A stretch of 64,000 bases of DNA from the NCBI GenBank assembly GCA_026770705.1, contig JANJGN010000034.1:5146001-5210000 (forward strand), read 5' to 3'. Below the pieces are notes generated by a model that did not search any database, was not told the origin of the DNA, and saw nothing but the letters and a program-made list of their open reading frames with translations. Of this stretch, positions 39,889-53,856 are shown piece by piece. This stretch comes from Isurus oxyrinchus (lineage: Eukaryota). A program made the translations under genes and the position numbers. Each line of letters opens with the position of its first letter. Within the stretch, counting starts at the first letter, position 1.

Positions 39889-40419
39889 GTAAGAGTGCTA
39901 ACAAAATAATTGTATCCCTGCATTGAACACAATGATCATTCGATTATAGTCATCCTTTGAGTGATTGTCTGCAGTGGCGTTAATATATAAAAAAGTGCGA
40001 ACATCACACGGATTTCACCTAAATATGTTCGCCAATAATGATAAGCTGTAAATCTTACCATCATTCTTAACATTAATAAGACCTTTAAGTCTGAGATTTG
40101 GAACCACCTACTTCTGTGGACCGAGAAATAGAAAGACACAGACGTCGATGGCCATGTAAACATGAGCCGTGTGTCATCCGACAGAAGGAGGGACTAATGA
40201 GAATGGGAGAGAGGGAGCGAGAATGTGAGAGCGAGAGAGAGAGAGAGAGAGGTGGTGGAGATTGCTTGAATATGTGTATGCTGCAAGATTGACATTTGAC
40301 TGCGCGGCACTTAGGTCCAAGCTGAGCATTGAATTTGTGCTTGCTGTTAATATTCGCTGCACTTGTTCATAACACATTTGAAATTATAGGTTGACTTGTG
40401 TTTTTGTTCTGCCCCTCAG

Positions 40420-40440
40420 AGCTCCGCAAGCTCAAATCCG
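40420..40440 (+). CDS. 21-nt phase-1 micro-exon encoding one heptad, (E)LRKLKS
   Basis: ttgacttgtgtttttgttctgcccctcAG|agctccgcaagctcaaatccg|GTaaga. Strong polypyrimidine tract and donor. Confidence 0.7.
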
Positions 40441-41983
40441 GTAAGAAATGGAACCAGAAATTTGCTTTTCCATGCGAAACTCGGAAAGGCTCTATGATAC
40501 ATGAATAGATTTTGAAAGTATTACCCCGTCATGTTCACACGAAGTCTCTGCAAGGTTGCACGTTGAAGAAAAGACAAACCTTCTCCCTTCGATGCCCAGC
40601 ACAGAATACAGGACATTAGTGATGGTTGGTGATAGTGTTAACATGATTCTCCAGCCGGCCTTTGGGTGATTGACTGTAACATCAGTAGACATAGAGCGAA
40701 CATAGACCCAGTTTTGTATATGCAAGGAGAGAAGTACATACACTTTTTACATGATTAGCTTTGGATTACGAGGCAGAAATATACGTATGTTATCTGGCTG
40801 TACAACACAATGACTGGATCATCGATGTACAGAGAGTTGAATTATAAAAAAAAAAAATCTGAACAGAAATAAAGAGGAGGAGGGACTGAAGATAATCAGT
40901 AATCGAAAGACAGAGCAACACTAAATGTATACGTCAAATTAAGGGAAGGGGTGGTGGGAGGGGGCAGGCGGGTGAAAAAGGGAAATGTGTATAAAACGAT
41001 AAAGAACCACGGGTGTACTCCTGGGGAGAGAGGCAGAAAGAGAAAAATGCATAGGCATGCATCAGCTTTGAGAAAACAAACATCCGATAGACAGATACAA
41101 GCATACAAATGTAGAGAGGGAGGAATACAGTTGAACGAAAATTGGGACAACACCAGGGGATAGACAGAGTCAAGCATAGATATACACACATATAGCGTGG
41201 GATACGGAGGCACAGGCACGTCGGGATATAGGTCTAAATTTCAACATCAATGGCGAATAAGACAAAGGGGAAATTCCAACATCATAGATGGTGGTGAGCA
41301 AATAATAACTGTTACACTGATGAATGCTGGAGCTATGGATTTTTTTTGGTCAAAAAAAAATTGTAGTTTATTTTTTGATAAATATGATGAAACTCTGATA
41401 AACTCATATACATAGAGCTTCAGGTTTTCTGTGTGAGGCACATGATTTGTCTCAAGTCTGTACAACTGATTAGTTTCCTGGAAAATCACACAGAAGAAAA
41501 ACTGTGACCAGTCAGCGGTGCAGGCGCTCAGCTACAAAGAAAAACAAACTCTGCAGTAAAAATAATCACAAGTAGAAGCTGGGCCAAAAATAAGCAGTTA
41601 TCAAAACACATTCAAATCACGACTTGACAGAGTCATAACAATATGTCATAACATTGTGATCGAGCCCAGAGTTTCAAAGAAGTTAAGAATGGCCTTACCG
41701 AAAATGCTAGTAGCCCCACAACTCTACATAAAACGTATAAAAGTTGTTGCTATCTAAGGATGTCGTTAGAAAAGGAACATGTATACATTTTTTACGATGG
41801 TGTAACAAGAAAAACGTAAACGTGCATGTCTATCATGCATCACCAATTAGTAAAATATCCCAAGGCACCTGAATGGAATATTAACTAAAGGGGTCTGAAA
41901 AATTTCAAATGCAAATAACTACTAGAACAGATCACTTACAGCTTTTTTGAAGAGTTAGGCTAAAGGAGCATCTTAAAGGAGGA

Positions 41984-42664
41984 TAAAAACAAAAAAAACT
42001 GCGGATGCTGGAAATCCAAAACAAAAACAGAATTACCTGTAAAAACTCAGCAGGTCTGGCAGCATCGGCGGAGAAGAAACGAGTTGACGTTTCGAGTCCT
42101 CATGACCCTTCGACAGAATTTGATTTCGAGTCCAAGAAAGAGTTGAAATATAAGCTGGTTTAAGGTGTGTGTGTGGGGGGCGGAGAGATAGAGAGTTTCT
42201 GTTTCCCCATTTTCCCCTTTTTTCCCCTATAAATTATACAGATTATTCTTTTCCCACCTATTTCCATTATTTTTAAATATTTTAAAATCTTTTATGCTCC
42301 CCCCACCCCCACTAGAGCTGTACCTTGAGTGCCCTATCATCCATTCTTAATTAGCACATTCGTTTAGATAATATCACCAACTTTAACTTTAACACCTATT
42401 TGTTATTTTGTACCATTGTCACTGACATCTTTTGATGATCTGCTTCTATCACTGCTTGTTTGTCTACACAACCACCTCTCTCTCTCTCTCTATCTCTCCG
42501 CCCCCCACACACACACCTTAAACCAGCTTATATTTCAACTCTTTCTTGGACTCGAAATCAAGTTCTGTCGAAGGGTCATGAGGACTCGAAACGTCAACTC
42601 TTTTCTTCTCCGCCGATGCTGCCAGACCTGCTGAGTTTTTACAGGTAATTCTGTTTTTGTTTTT
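41984..42664. mobile_element. young Penelope-like element remnant with inverted pseudo-LTR
   Basis: ~178-bp inverted arms (42018-42195 and 42486-42663) with 2 mismatches seen. Perfect 14-bp TSD atcttaaaggagga at 41970-41983 and 42665-42678. Hammerhead motif in each arm. Confidence 0.85.
42561..42599 (+). ncRNA. minimal type I hammerhead ribozyme motif, variant core
   Basis: agtt-CTGTCGA-a-gggtc(atgag)gactc-GAAA-cGTC-aact: stem I agtt/aact, stem II gggtc/gactc, palindromic acgt stem III. Antisense copy at 42082-42120. Confidence 0.6.
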
Positions 42665-44849
42665 ATCTTAAAGGAGGAATTCGATGTTAATCAGTTAATT
42701 GGTTTAGACTTGATGTCCCCATTTTCTGACCAACCAGATAAAGCCATGGCCGTGAATGTTGGTTTAAATATAGCTGAATTGCTTAAGATACCGGAATCAG
42801 AGGAATCATGATATTTGGAGGATTGATTGGCTCAAAAGGTTGCTGAGAAATACCAGCAAACGGTTTCTGGGCATTTAAAATGCAGAAGGGGTGTTACGTT
42901 CATTGATTTCACAATACAGGCACAAAATATAGGCCAGCAAGCACAAGCATCATGAGGGAACTGTGTTGTAGTAAGTTAGGATACAGTTGGGAGATAAGTG
43001 AATAACCTCAACTTTATGGAAGAATAGCAAGGAGACAGCGAATGATTGCATTGGAATATTCAGGATTAGAAATAACGATATGGGTGAAGGTTGTGCAGCC
43101 GAAGGTCTAAGGCAAGGTCAGGATTAGGCGATGCTGGGGTGGTAGAAATAGATCATTGGCATGGCAGCAGGTTTTGGCCAGTCCAGACATGATATCAAGA
43201 ATGGCTAAATCTTGCTTCAAATTTAGGCCTTTTTTGAGGTGAAGAATGCATCGCTAAGCAATGCAAATTGTCACCCTAGCAAAGATATTGCTTTTGATCT
43301 TCTAAATATTTTTGAAAGGATGTTCTCCTTTTGCAATTCTGGGTTTTGCACAGATATTATTTCAATGTACTGGCAGTGATTCATTTGCAGAGTTTGGATA
43401 TTTTCAGTGTAGGCCGCAATCATGTTGCTGTTTTTATTTTTTGCATTATACACTTTAAGTGCAGTACATAGGTCAGTAGCATCCGAAATGCCTGTGTGCA
43501 ACTTTTGGGAAAGCCAGATCGAAAGTGCAACAGATGAATGAACAGGTGATCCTTTAGCTATCAGTCTATAGTAAAGAAAGGACCCAGGTAAATTATGTTT
43601 CAGCTCCAACAGGATGAGTATCTTTTGCATAAATATGACTGATGTATATTAGGAATGCAACAATGTAAGGAGTACGAGGAATGATGGTTTGTATTTGTCG
43701 TTGTGACAAAATGAATAATTTATATTATTTATATAATAAATTAGGCACCCTAATTGATTCTGACGCAGTAAAGACGTCTCTTTCTGTGCTTTTCTTCCCT
43801 TGTGGAAGACATAAACGTTATAATTTGAGTTTACAGGCATGCCAACAATGCCTCTCAACTGCTGCATGAAGCTTAAAGGAGCAGTAGGGACAGGAAGTAG
43901 TAGTGACAGTGGAATTTATATGCTCCACTTTGATCAGGAATAAATGTTGCCACAGGTAAAGGATTGGTAAGCAGGCGAGATCGAGTTACCTGAAGTTGAC
44001 AAAAATGTGGTGACAAGAAAGCAGGTGACGATTATGATTTTAAATTAGTGGGTTAGTTTCATTTTGCAGAAGAGGTAGAAGCGAAGTAGATATTATTTTA
44101 CGAGAAGAAATGTGATAAATTTTAAATCAGCAGAACGATTGTGAATGTTTTCCTGCAGCACAAATTGGATACCTCATCTAAAATGAGGGCCAGTTGATAG
44201 TGTGCGAAATTCTCTTTTGTTATCATACTTGTTAACTTCCGGAGGCTCTCGATAAATCATGGACTCGATTTTTAAATTACAAGCGATGTTCCCATATTCC
44301 CAAATGGCCTGCCTTACAATTCCTAAACATGGGTCCAACCCAATCACTCTCAGGATAAATATTCGCTCCCATTTTGGCCTGCTGCATACCCTGAATATTA
44401 ACCATTGCTTTTTGGTGGATGATAACTTTAGGGGTGCTGCACCTAATTCTGCAATTCGCTCTTCGAAAATATTTCTGCCTCGTTCCTCATTTAAGTGAAG
44501 GAATAACAATTCTCTTTGAACAAGGTTTTGATCAAACTCTGATTTGCAATTCTTTATTTCCCATTGCCGAATTCAGTTTGTTAATTACCTTGCCAAATGA
44601 GCAAGAAAAATTCACCTCAATAACGCTATTTGAGTGCACTTTGTTGCTGGGAAATCCAGTGGCTACTAATCGATTGACAAATGCCATAGGGAGGATTGAA
44701 AATAAGTTTAAGGGGGGCATAATTTCATTAGAGATACAATACATAAAGTCAATTCAGGCGGAATGAATGTGTTTAACCATTCAATTATATTAGACCGGAG
44801 TATATTGTTCTATTAACTCCACTTTTTAAGCAGGATTGCGATTCCAGCA

Positions 44850-47800
44850 AAGAATGTTGCCTGCCCGGTACCAGGGTGATGGACATCTCTGACCGGCTTG
44901 AAAGGATATTGGAGAGGGACGGGGAGGATCCATTTGTTGTGGTCCACGGCAGGACAAATAACATAGGTAAGACTCGGAACGATGACCTGTTTAGGGATTA
45001 TGAGGAAGTAAGAACTAAATTAACGAACAGGTCTTCAAGGGTTACAATCTCTAGATGACTACCCGAGCCACGTGCTAATTAGCATAGGGACATGAGAATA
45101 AGGGAAGTAAGCACGTGGCTAAAGGATTGGTGCATGAAAGAGGGGTTCCATTTCGTGGGGCACTGGCATCAGTATTGTAACAGGAGGGATATGTTCTGTT
45201 AGGACGGTCTCTAACTGAACGAATCTGGGACCACTGTTCTAGTGAAAAGTATAAATAGGGTAGTTAACTTTAAACTAGATAGTCGGGGGAGGGGGGGGGG
45301 GGGGGTGGGGGGCAGTAAAACTCCAATAAGTATGACTAATGGGAAATAAAGTAGCAGGTTAGCCTGAGGAGGGGTCGGGGATTGGGGGGGTTAGGATTCA
45401 ACTTCATAGAAAATTATGAAAAACTGCAAAGGAAGGAGAGCCCAGGAGAGGCTATTAAAGTCACCAGAACGCAACATAGGGCAGCATGTTTGGAAAGGGC
45501 TAGGAAACTAACTACAGGCACATTAGATATAGGGACGACAATGAGGAAGTTGGCGGGAAATACAGGACTGAATGTAAACAAAAAACAATATCTGGAAAAA
45601 CTCAGCAGGTCTTGCAGCATCTATGGAATGGAGCAAAATTAACGTTTCGAGTGCGCATGACTCTTCAGCAGGACTGAACGTGTTGTATCTAAATGCAGGC
45701 TGAGACAAGGTGAGGTAAATGAGCTTGTGGTGCAGCTTGAAATTGGCAGGTTTTATGCGTTAGGCATTACAGAGACAAGGTTGCAAAGGGATCAGGACTG
45801 TGAGTTAAATATCTGAGGATATACATTCTATCGAAAAGATAGCCAGGTAGACAGAGGGACTATTTTTACTTTGCTACTAAGAACTTCAATTAAATCGACA
45901 GTAAGAAATGGTGTAGGGTCAGGTGATATAGAATCTGTTTTGAGTACAGTGGAGGAACCACCAAGTTAAAAAAGAAAACATAATGGGAGTTATGTACAGG
46001 CCCCCAAATAGTAGTCAGGATGTGGGGCGCAAAATACATTAGGGGATAGAAAAGGTGTGTAAGAAAGGCAAGGTTACATATCATGGCGAATTTCAATATG
46101 CATGTGGACTGGGAAAGTCAGGTTGGTATTGGATCCCAAGAAAAGTTACTTGTGGATTGTCTTAGGGATTTCTTTGGGAGCAGATTGTGGTGGAGCCCAC
46201 TAGGGAAGAGTCAATTCTAGGTTTGGCGATGTGTAATGAGGCACATTTGATAAGGGGGCTTAGGGTGAAGGAACCCTAGCAGGAAGTTACAATTTTATGT
46301 TAGATTTCACCATGCAATTTGAGGGGGAAAAGCTGGAATCAGATGTAAAGGTATTATTGTTGAATAATGGCAATTAGGAGGCTTGAGGCAGAAGCTGGCC
46401 AGAATTGACTCGGAGATGAGCCTAGCAGTAAAGACAGTGGAACAGCAATGGCAGGAGTTTCTGGCAGTAATTTCGGTGCCACAGCAAAAATTCTTCCCCA
46501 GGACGATGAAGCATACGAAAGGGAACACGAGGCAACCATGGCAAACAAGGTAAGTCAGGGACAACATAAAACTAAAGAGAAAGCATACAATATAGCAAAG
46601 AACAGTGGGAAACCAGGGGACTTGGAAGCCTACAAAGACCAACAGAGGACAATAAAAAAAAAAGGATTATGGAGTGAGAAGATAAAACATGAGGGTAACC
46701 TAGCTAGCAATATAAAAGAAACACGCCAGATTAGATTTTTAGATATATTAAGGGAAAGACAGAGGCAGAAATTTACATTTGGACGCTGCAAGATGACGTT
46801 GGAGAGTAGTAGTCGTGGGGAACAACGTAATGGCGGAGGAACTGAATAAGTACATTGCTTCAGTCTTCACAGTGGAAGACATGAGTGACATCCCCACAGT
46901 TCAAAAGAGTCGGGGGATAGAGGTGAGTTTGGTGGCCATTATCAAGGAGAAGTTGCTAGGAAAACTGAAAGGTCTGAAGGTGGATAAACGACCTGGACCA
47001 GATGGATTACACGCCAGAGTTCTGAAGGAGATAAATGAAGAGTTAGTGGAGGGGTTAGTGGTAATATTGCAGGAATCACCGGAGGCTGGCGGATCCCAGG
47101 GAACTGGAAAACGGTTAATGTAACCCCCCTGTTTAAGAAGGGAGTTCAGCAAAAGACGGGAAATTACAGGCCGGTTAGCTTGACCTCGGCCATTGGTAAG
47201 ATGTTATTGTCCATTATTAAGGATGAGATTTCAGAATATTTGGAAGCGCATGGTAAATTAGGGCAGTCAACATAGTTTCATCAAGGGGAGGTCATGCCTG
47301 CAAATCTGTTAGAATTCTTTGAGGAGGTAACGAGTAGGTTATACAAAGGAGAGCCAATGGATGCCATCTACTTGGACTTCGAGAAGGCCTTTGACAAGGT
47401 GTCGCACACGAGGCTGCTTAATATGTTAAGAACCATGGTGTTATAGGCAAGGTACTGAGATTTATAGAAGATTGGCTCTCTGGCAGGAGGCAGAGAGTGG
47501 GGATAAGTGGATACTTCTCAGGATGGAAGCCAGTGACTAGTGGTGTTCTGCAGGGGTCAGTAATGGGACTACAACTTTTCTCTTTACACATTAATGATCT
47601 AGATGAAGGAACCGAGGGCATTCTGGCTGAATTTGCAGATTATACAAAAATGGTTGGAAGGACAGGTAGCATTGAGGAGGCAGGGTGGCTGCAGAGGAAT
47701 ATGGACAGGCGAGCAGAATTGGCTAAGAAATGGCAGATGGAATACACGTGGGGATGTGTGACGTCATGCAAGTTGGTAAGAAGAATAGAGGCATAGACTG

Positions 47801-48560
47801 TTTTCTAAATGTAGAGATAATTCATAAATATGGTGTGCAAAGGGAATTGGGACTCCTAGTCGAGGATTCTCTTATGGTTAAGTTGCAGGTTGAGTCGGTA
47901 GTTTCGAAGGCAAATGCAATGTTGGCATTTATTTCGAGAGGACTATAATATGAAAAATGAGATGTGCTCCTGAGCACTTATAAGGCTCTGGTCAGATCAC
48001 AACTGGACTATTATGAGCAATTCTGGGCCCCGTATCTCAGGAAGGATGTGCTGGCCCTGGAGAAGGACCAGAGGAGGTTCAGGAGAATGATCCCAGGACT
48101 GAAAGGCTTAGCATTTGCAGAACGTTTGAGGACTCTGGGTATATACTCTATGCAGTTTAAGAGGATGAGGGGGGATCTGATTGAAACTTACAGGATTCTG
48201 AAAGGCCTGGGTACAGTGGAAGTGGGCAAGATATTTCCATTGTTTGGAGAGACTAGGAACTGAGGGCACAGCCTCAGAGTAAAGGGAAGGCTTTTTAGAA
48301 CAGAAATGGGGAGAAACCTCTTTAGCCAGGGAGTGGTGAATCTGTGGAATTTATTGCCACACAAGGCTGCTGAGGCCATGTAAGTCAGTGCATATAATTC
48401 CGAGATAGGTAGGATCTTGATTCTTAAGGGGAACAAAGCTTCGGCGAAGAAGGCGGGAGAATGGGGTTAAGAAACTCATCAACCATGATTGAATGGCCGT
48501 GCAGACTAAATGAGCCAAATGGCCTCATAACTAATCCAATGTCTTATGGTCTCATGGTCT
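44850..48560 (+). mobile_element. CR1 LINE from ORF1 esterase through ORF2 to 3' tail, inactivated
   Basis: CCLPGTRVMDISDRLERILERDGEDPFVVVHGRTNNIGK (ORF 44876), LNKYIASVFTVED..PGPDGLHARVLKE (46815), SGVLQGSVMG..INDLDEG..EFADYTK (47497), tail cttatggtctcatggtct. Confidence 0.95.
45576..45668. mobile_element. Penelope-like single-arm fragment nested in CR1
   Basis: ggaaaaactcagcaggtcttgcagcat..aacgtttcgagt..atgactcttc. TSD caggactgaa(t/c)gt at 45563-45575 and 45669-45681. Confidence 0.75.
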
Positions 48561-48589
48561 TTCTTATGTACATACCACCGCTGCTCCAC

Positions 48590-50660
48590 CAAATCATGTC
48601 TTATTTGTTGATCAACCTTGATTGTATTGGACTGATAACCACCCAGGATCTGGGAATTACAAAGGCTAACGAATTTCTGAGGAAAGGAAATCTTCCTAAG
48701 CTCCACATTAAACTGGAGACATCTCATTTGAAAGCGTGCTCCCGTGTTTCATTTATGCCTAGGGGAATTATACAAATCGCATCTACCATGTCAAATCCTG
48801 AAATGAATGTTTTAATAAGATAATCTTCCATTCTTCTGAACCTCAATGAATGCATGCAAAAACATCTAAACGTTGTAATTTTCATGAGACAATACGACAA
48901 TTTCATCTCAGTTGAATTGGCCTTGTAAATCTGCTTCGTGCTCCTTCTACATCAGGGATATTCAACCTGTAGTTAGGGAAATCAAAGACTGTGGATTCAA
49001 AAAAGTGATGTTGAGTTGTAGTGTTACAGGCTTGCCTGCATGCAGTAAAACTGGTTGATTGCAGATATTTTTTTTTAAATAACTGTAACTGTGCTGAATG
49101 CTTTCTTTGAACTCTTCACCCACGATTCCTTTGACAAATAGATTCATGCAATCTATATGAAGATCAAAATTGCCCCCACTTATTGCATTTTATTTATTTC
49201 CAGCAGCGAATTTGCCCTGATTTGTCCTCTGCCCTGCAGTTTAACCAATGTTATAGTACCTATTAACCATACCAAACAATGACATTTCTACCCTTTGTTT
49301 TTTTTAAGTTTCATTTAAATCCAAGCAGATTCGACATCCTTAGATTTTTCGTAAGGTTGATAGTACATTACTGACTGGTCTCATATTTGATTGACATCTC
49401 TACAAACCCGTTTCCCTTTTTCAGTGTCCTTTCGAAATGTTAACTACCCTTGTGTATGCAGTTCGCAATCGTGCGCAGCTTTTCAGCACGGCTCTATTTG
49501 CCTACAAAAACGTACCTAGGTATTTGTATATGTGCTACGGCTATTTCCATTTTATTGAAATGCAGCATGCATTTAGGTAAACAGGCTCTAATTATATTGA
49601 CTTTACATCATTTCAATGTTCCTACATTTTTTTTGCCAGTGTACTGTTATGCTTAAATATTCCCTGCCTTCCAATTGCCCTCTGGTTACTATTCCTTGTA
49701 TACAGCACTTTTGCCTTGTCGCTTGTCATTATCTCCGTAGACATCATTCTTGCCCCTAATATTTCGCTTAAACCCTTCTTTAGTGCCATGGCTATACAAT
49801 GGTTTCATGCTCATTCATGTGATGGCTGCCTATTTGTATAAATCCTCCTTTCCCCAGTCCTGATGTCATCGTCAAGCTTCTGGAAACCCATTTATCCCAC
49901 ATCAGTTTTTGAACAATAGTTCATCCATAACGTTTTTCCCTTCCCTTTTGAAGTCTGCTAATGGTTCATGTGATCACCACGGTCCATTCCTTCTCTGGTT
50001 CCACTCGTATTTGTTTTTTTTTTTTGTTTTCCATTTAACCTCTACATGCTCACATTCCCACTGAAGAATCTGGATCTTCGACCGACATATAGCAGCTCGG
50101 CCAATGTTGGCCACGCAAACTGCATCCATCCATTTCAAATCTGTGGCCCACTTCAGTCCCAAGGAGATAAAATTTACCTTGTAAACGGAAAGGGAGCACC
50201 TCCTCTGTCACACACGCTTTTGGCCGCATGAGTGCAGTATCAATCACAATGATTGTAATGTCTGTATGATAAATATGGTGAAATGTCAACTCCCAAGCCA
50301 AACAATACACTTTTCGGAGGTCTGGCGGGTCATACTTCCTTGCAACTCCTCCTAAGGTCCACATAGGATGCACGAGTATTGAAGCAAATGAGTCCTATTA
50401 CGTTGATTTCCACCTTCTGGACAAACGCACCTGCCTCACTGGGAGGCACAGTCTCCTTTCGCAGAGGACAGATAAAATCTGATGTATCAACCCAGAAAGA
50501 TGTAGCGGCTTCACAGAAAAAAATGCCAGAGAAATTGCCCGCCCATGCCCCTCAACTCCTCTGTTGGTGCATCGCAGTTTCTGTTTCTGAAGATCCAGCG
50601 AATGAACTCTGACACAAATTTTGTCGAGCTGCGGCAATAACGGCAGATGTTGCTGTCCTG
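48590..50660 (-). mobile_element. old CR1 with large internal deletion
   Basis: CR1 3' UTR-like sequence at 48590-49050, EN start near 49500-49600, and an ORF1-like leucine-zipper remnant (ORF 50398..50637 QLDKICVRVHSLD). Confidence 0.55.
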
Positions 50661-50944
50661 GGTCGTATTAGTAAAAAAAATGAAGATTCTGGATGGTGTG
50701 GCACAACACGTTATCTCTCCTGCAAGCCCATTGTAGTTTACTTAAATCATTACTTTTGAAGATTAGAAAGAGACAATTGGGAAAACAAAATATAGTTATG
50801 CCAACTAATTTAATGTGCTAACTTAGCAGTTCAATAAATACCTCTAACTGCCATTTATGAATTGAACTTAGTGGCACCGTTCAGAGGCAAGATAAATAAA
50901 TAAATGCACAAACACATGCATGCCCAAAAGGCTGGTAGATTGAT

Positions 50945-51065
50945 GACAGAAAGGTAGATAGATAGTTAGTTCAATAGATAAATAGTTTGAGAGTGATACA
51001 AAGATACAGAGATGGATAGATATATGGATTGATACATTGATAGATAGATAGTGCTAATATTGATA
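50945..51065. repeat. degenerate (GATA)n microsatellite
   Basis: Directly visible. Confidence 0.8.
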
Positions 51066-51519
51066 GTGATATTTTAGGCAATTTATTGTCACTCAAATTT
51101 GCAATGACTTATACATGAGCGGAACAATAAGAAAAAATGTCTAAACGTAATGTTTAAGGGGCTATTTAAATATCAGCGTTGGTTGAAGAAGTTTATGGAT
51201 GGGCATTTGACACCATTGCAGCACGGCCGATGTATTGGAGGCTTGATCGACATTGAGGTGTTATAAGGGGTAGATTAGCAAAGACATGAAATAATTAGAA
51301 AAGACAAAAAAAGTCTTTCATTCCAAACTTGACGGACCAGAATCCATTGAATTACAATGCCTGATATCTGAAATGATAGTCGGCAGAAATTAGTATGAAC
51401 ACACATTAATTGTATATAAGATTTATATATTTGAGTTTATTGTTGAGGAAAACATGGACAAAATGTTCATGTTCCATGAGGCATGTAGCATTGACGTGTA
51501 CAGGGCCAGGTTTTTTGCT

Positions 51520-52210
51520 TTTTGGAGGAGCTGCACTCATCCAGGCAAACAGACAGCATTCCACTACCCTCCGTAACTGTGCTTTCTAAACGTTGGTCTG
51601 TTCTTAAGGATTAATAGGCTGGGCTACAAGCTAAATAGTGATCATAATTTGCTTTGTTCTTACATCCTCAGTATTTTTATGCTTGGTCTGATTCATTTTC
51701 TTGTCAAAGGCAACCACGGGGTTTATTAGTTGCAAATTCAGCAATAGTGATGTTGAGGTGAGCTGGCTAGATTCTCTTATTAGTGGTTATTGAGAGGCAC
51801 TTAAGCAAAAGGATTGTGCTATCCGCTTATCAGCCCAAGCCGTTATGTTGTCTACACTTTGCTACTTATAGTCAAGGATTGGTTCAGTAACTGAGGAGTT
51901 GTGAATTTTGGCAAACATTGTGCTATCCTAAGTGAAGATGTGGGAGTAGGTATAATCATTTCCGACTGTGACTGTTAAATGCCGGGAATATCATTGATTA
52001 AAGAGCTGAATGTGTTAACGCCAAGAACGCTATCTGGGGAACAGCAAGGAAAATGTTATCCTAAAATCCGGAAGTGAGATGAGCGACCTACAAAAACCAA
52101 AATGATTGTCATTTTGCCTGGTAGGACTGCAAAAACTGTAGAGTTTTCATCTGTGTCCCATTGGCTTCCCTTTTAATTGGCCGCCTATGTGCCATATACC
52201 TTTCAAATTT
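51520..52210 (-). mobile_element. old family B LINE RT fragment
   Basis: ggagctgcactcatccaggcaa..cattcc and cattgattaaagagctgaa resemble 13360-13400 and the reverse complement of 30600-30640. Confidence 0.6.
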
Positions 52211-52871
52211 CGCCCTGAAATCAACGGCAGACAGTCCCCAGGGCACTTTCGTTTTCAATATTGGATCCAAGTATTTATTGATGTCAACAAGGGAGGGACA
52301 CTGGCATTACCTAAACTTAGCATCTTTGCGAAACCCATACGTGCATTATCGATAAAAAAATATATATTTAACATGAGCTGGCAATTAAAACAATTCAATA
52401 TATGCCACGAATTAAAATCATGCATATATTTTGGATGTATTCATTGGAAGGCAGCAGCAAAAGAGCAGGGTTATCAAAATAACAGGATAGCTTTCAAACA
52501 TCCTGCACAGAAACGATGAACAAAAAATAATTTGCCTTTGATGTAATATTTTATATTGAACGACGTAGACGGGGCATACAAGAGCAAATGATCCATCAAT
52601 GTCATGATGGAATAGGTATGAGGTGATTATTAATCATGCAAACCAATTAAAAACTACCACATCACTAGATTTTCAGCGAAAAATTAACTTTAACTTATTG
52701 TGTCATCAAAGTTTGTTTAATGCAGTTTCTTATGTGAGAATATATATGCTGATGATAACAAACACAATTGTGCATAAATGAAGCCAATACGAGATATTAC
52801 ATTGCATAAGCTAGGCATTTAAAACGTTAGTTGTGTCATCCTCTGCAATTAATACTTGTTTTAAACTGCAG

Positions 52872-52907
52872 ACCTTGCCGACTGTCAGAACAGTTTAAAG
52901 CAAAAGG
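52872..52907 (+). CDS. 36-nt phase-1 exon, (D)LADCQNSLKQK
   Basis: cttgttttaaactgcAG|accttgccgactgtcagaacagtttaaagcaaaagg|GTgaga. Leu at positions 2 and 9 keeps the heptad register. Confidence 0.6.
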
Positions 52908-53856
52908 GTGAGAATTTATGTAATCTTTGATTTCAACATCTGCAGCTTATGATATTGTGATTAATGGTAACAGAGAAAGAAAACAATGGGTTTTTGAATA
53001 GCTTTGAGCGTGTATTGAGCGTGTATCCCAAGTTTGTTCAGTCAGATTACATTGTGCAAACTTCAACTGGCTTGTAAAGCAATGGAAAACTTCCATTATG
53101 TATATATAACTAATGATAATAACACCACTAGCCTTAGAAGCAGGACTATTAATCCAGTACAATAAACATTTGGATAAAAAGCTAAAACGGAACGAAATAT
53201 GGCATAAACTTAGAAAGCACAGAAACACTCAGTTCACAAAAGGGAAAAAAGATAAATGTACCAGCACTTTCCTAGTTAAAACAGTGTTCAGGCATTTCAG
53301 TGTGATAAAATAACGGATACAGTGAAATGGCCGGTGCTGTGGAATGGGGATCACAATTGCAGAGTTTTTCGGGGAATGAACGCTGACAGCTGATCTAGAG
53401 CGCTCTTGTTGTTTCTACCGCTCTGGGATCTGGGCACAGACAACACATTCTGCTGAAAGGTTTCACAACATAGGTAATGGATTATTTGCAAACAAACTGA
53501 ACGTTGAAATAGGGACTAGGAATTAATAAGGTGTAATCGGTATTTGAAATATGACAATGTTCAATGCAGTTCAATTATTTAATTTAAATTTAGAAGGCCT
53601 TACTGCTGATGCGTGGAACAACATAAAGATTACAATTAAGAAACTATAGTATATAATTGTTTTAAATGTTAGTGAAGCTAATAGCGATATTATTAAAGAA
53701 CAGAAAATCGAAAACACATTCGCAAAACAGTAAAAGTAAACGAGAGGAGTTTTTTTGGTTTCTAAAGTTGCTCTGTTTGTTTGATCATTTAGACATTTAA
53801 TACAGGCAATAAAATACTTTTTTCATTTTTTTTTACTCTATCTTCCATAATGGCAG

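Noticed and set aside
43938-43955. 18-nt phase-1 exon candidate (G)INVAT
   Set aside because: Weak polypyrimidine tract, apparently within old repeat-like DNA, and no heptad similarity.
45285-45312. Poly-G tract / G-quadruplex
   Set aside because: A homopolymer expansion in the CR1 inter-ORF region, with no evidence of function.
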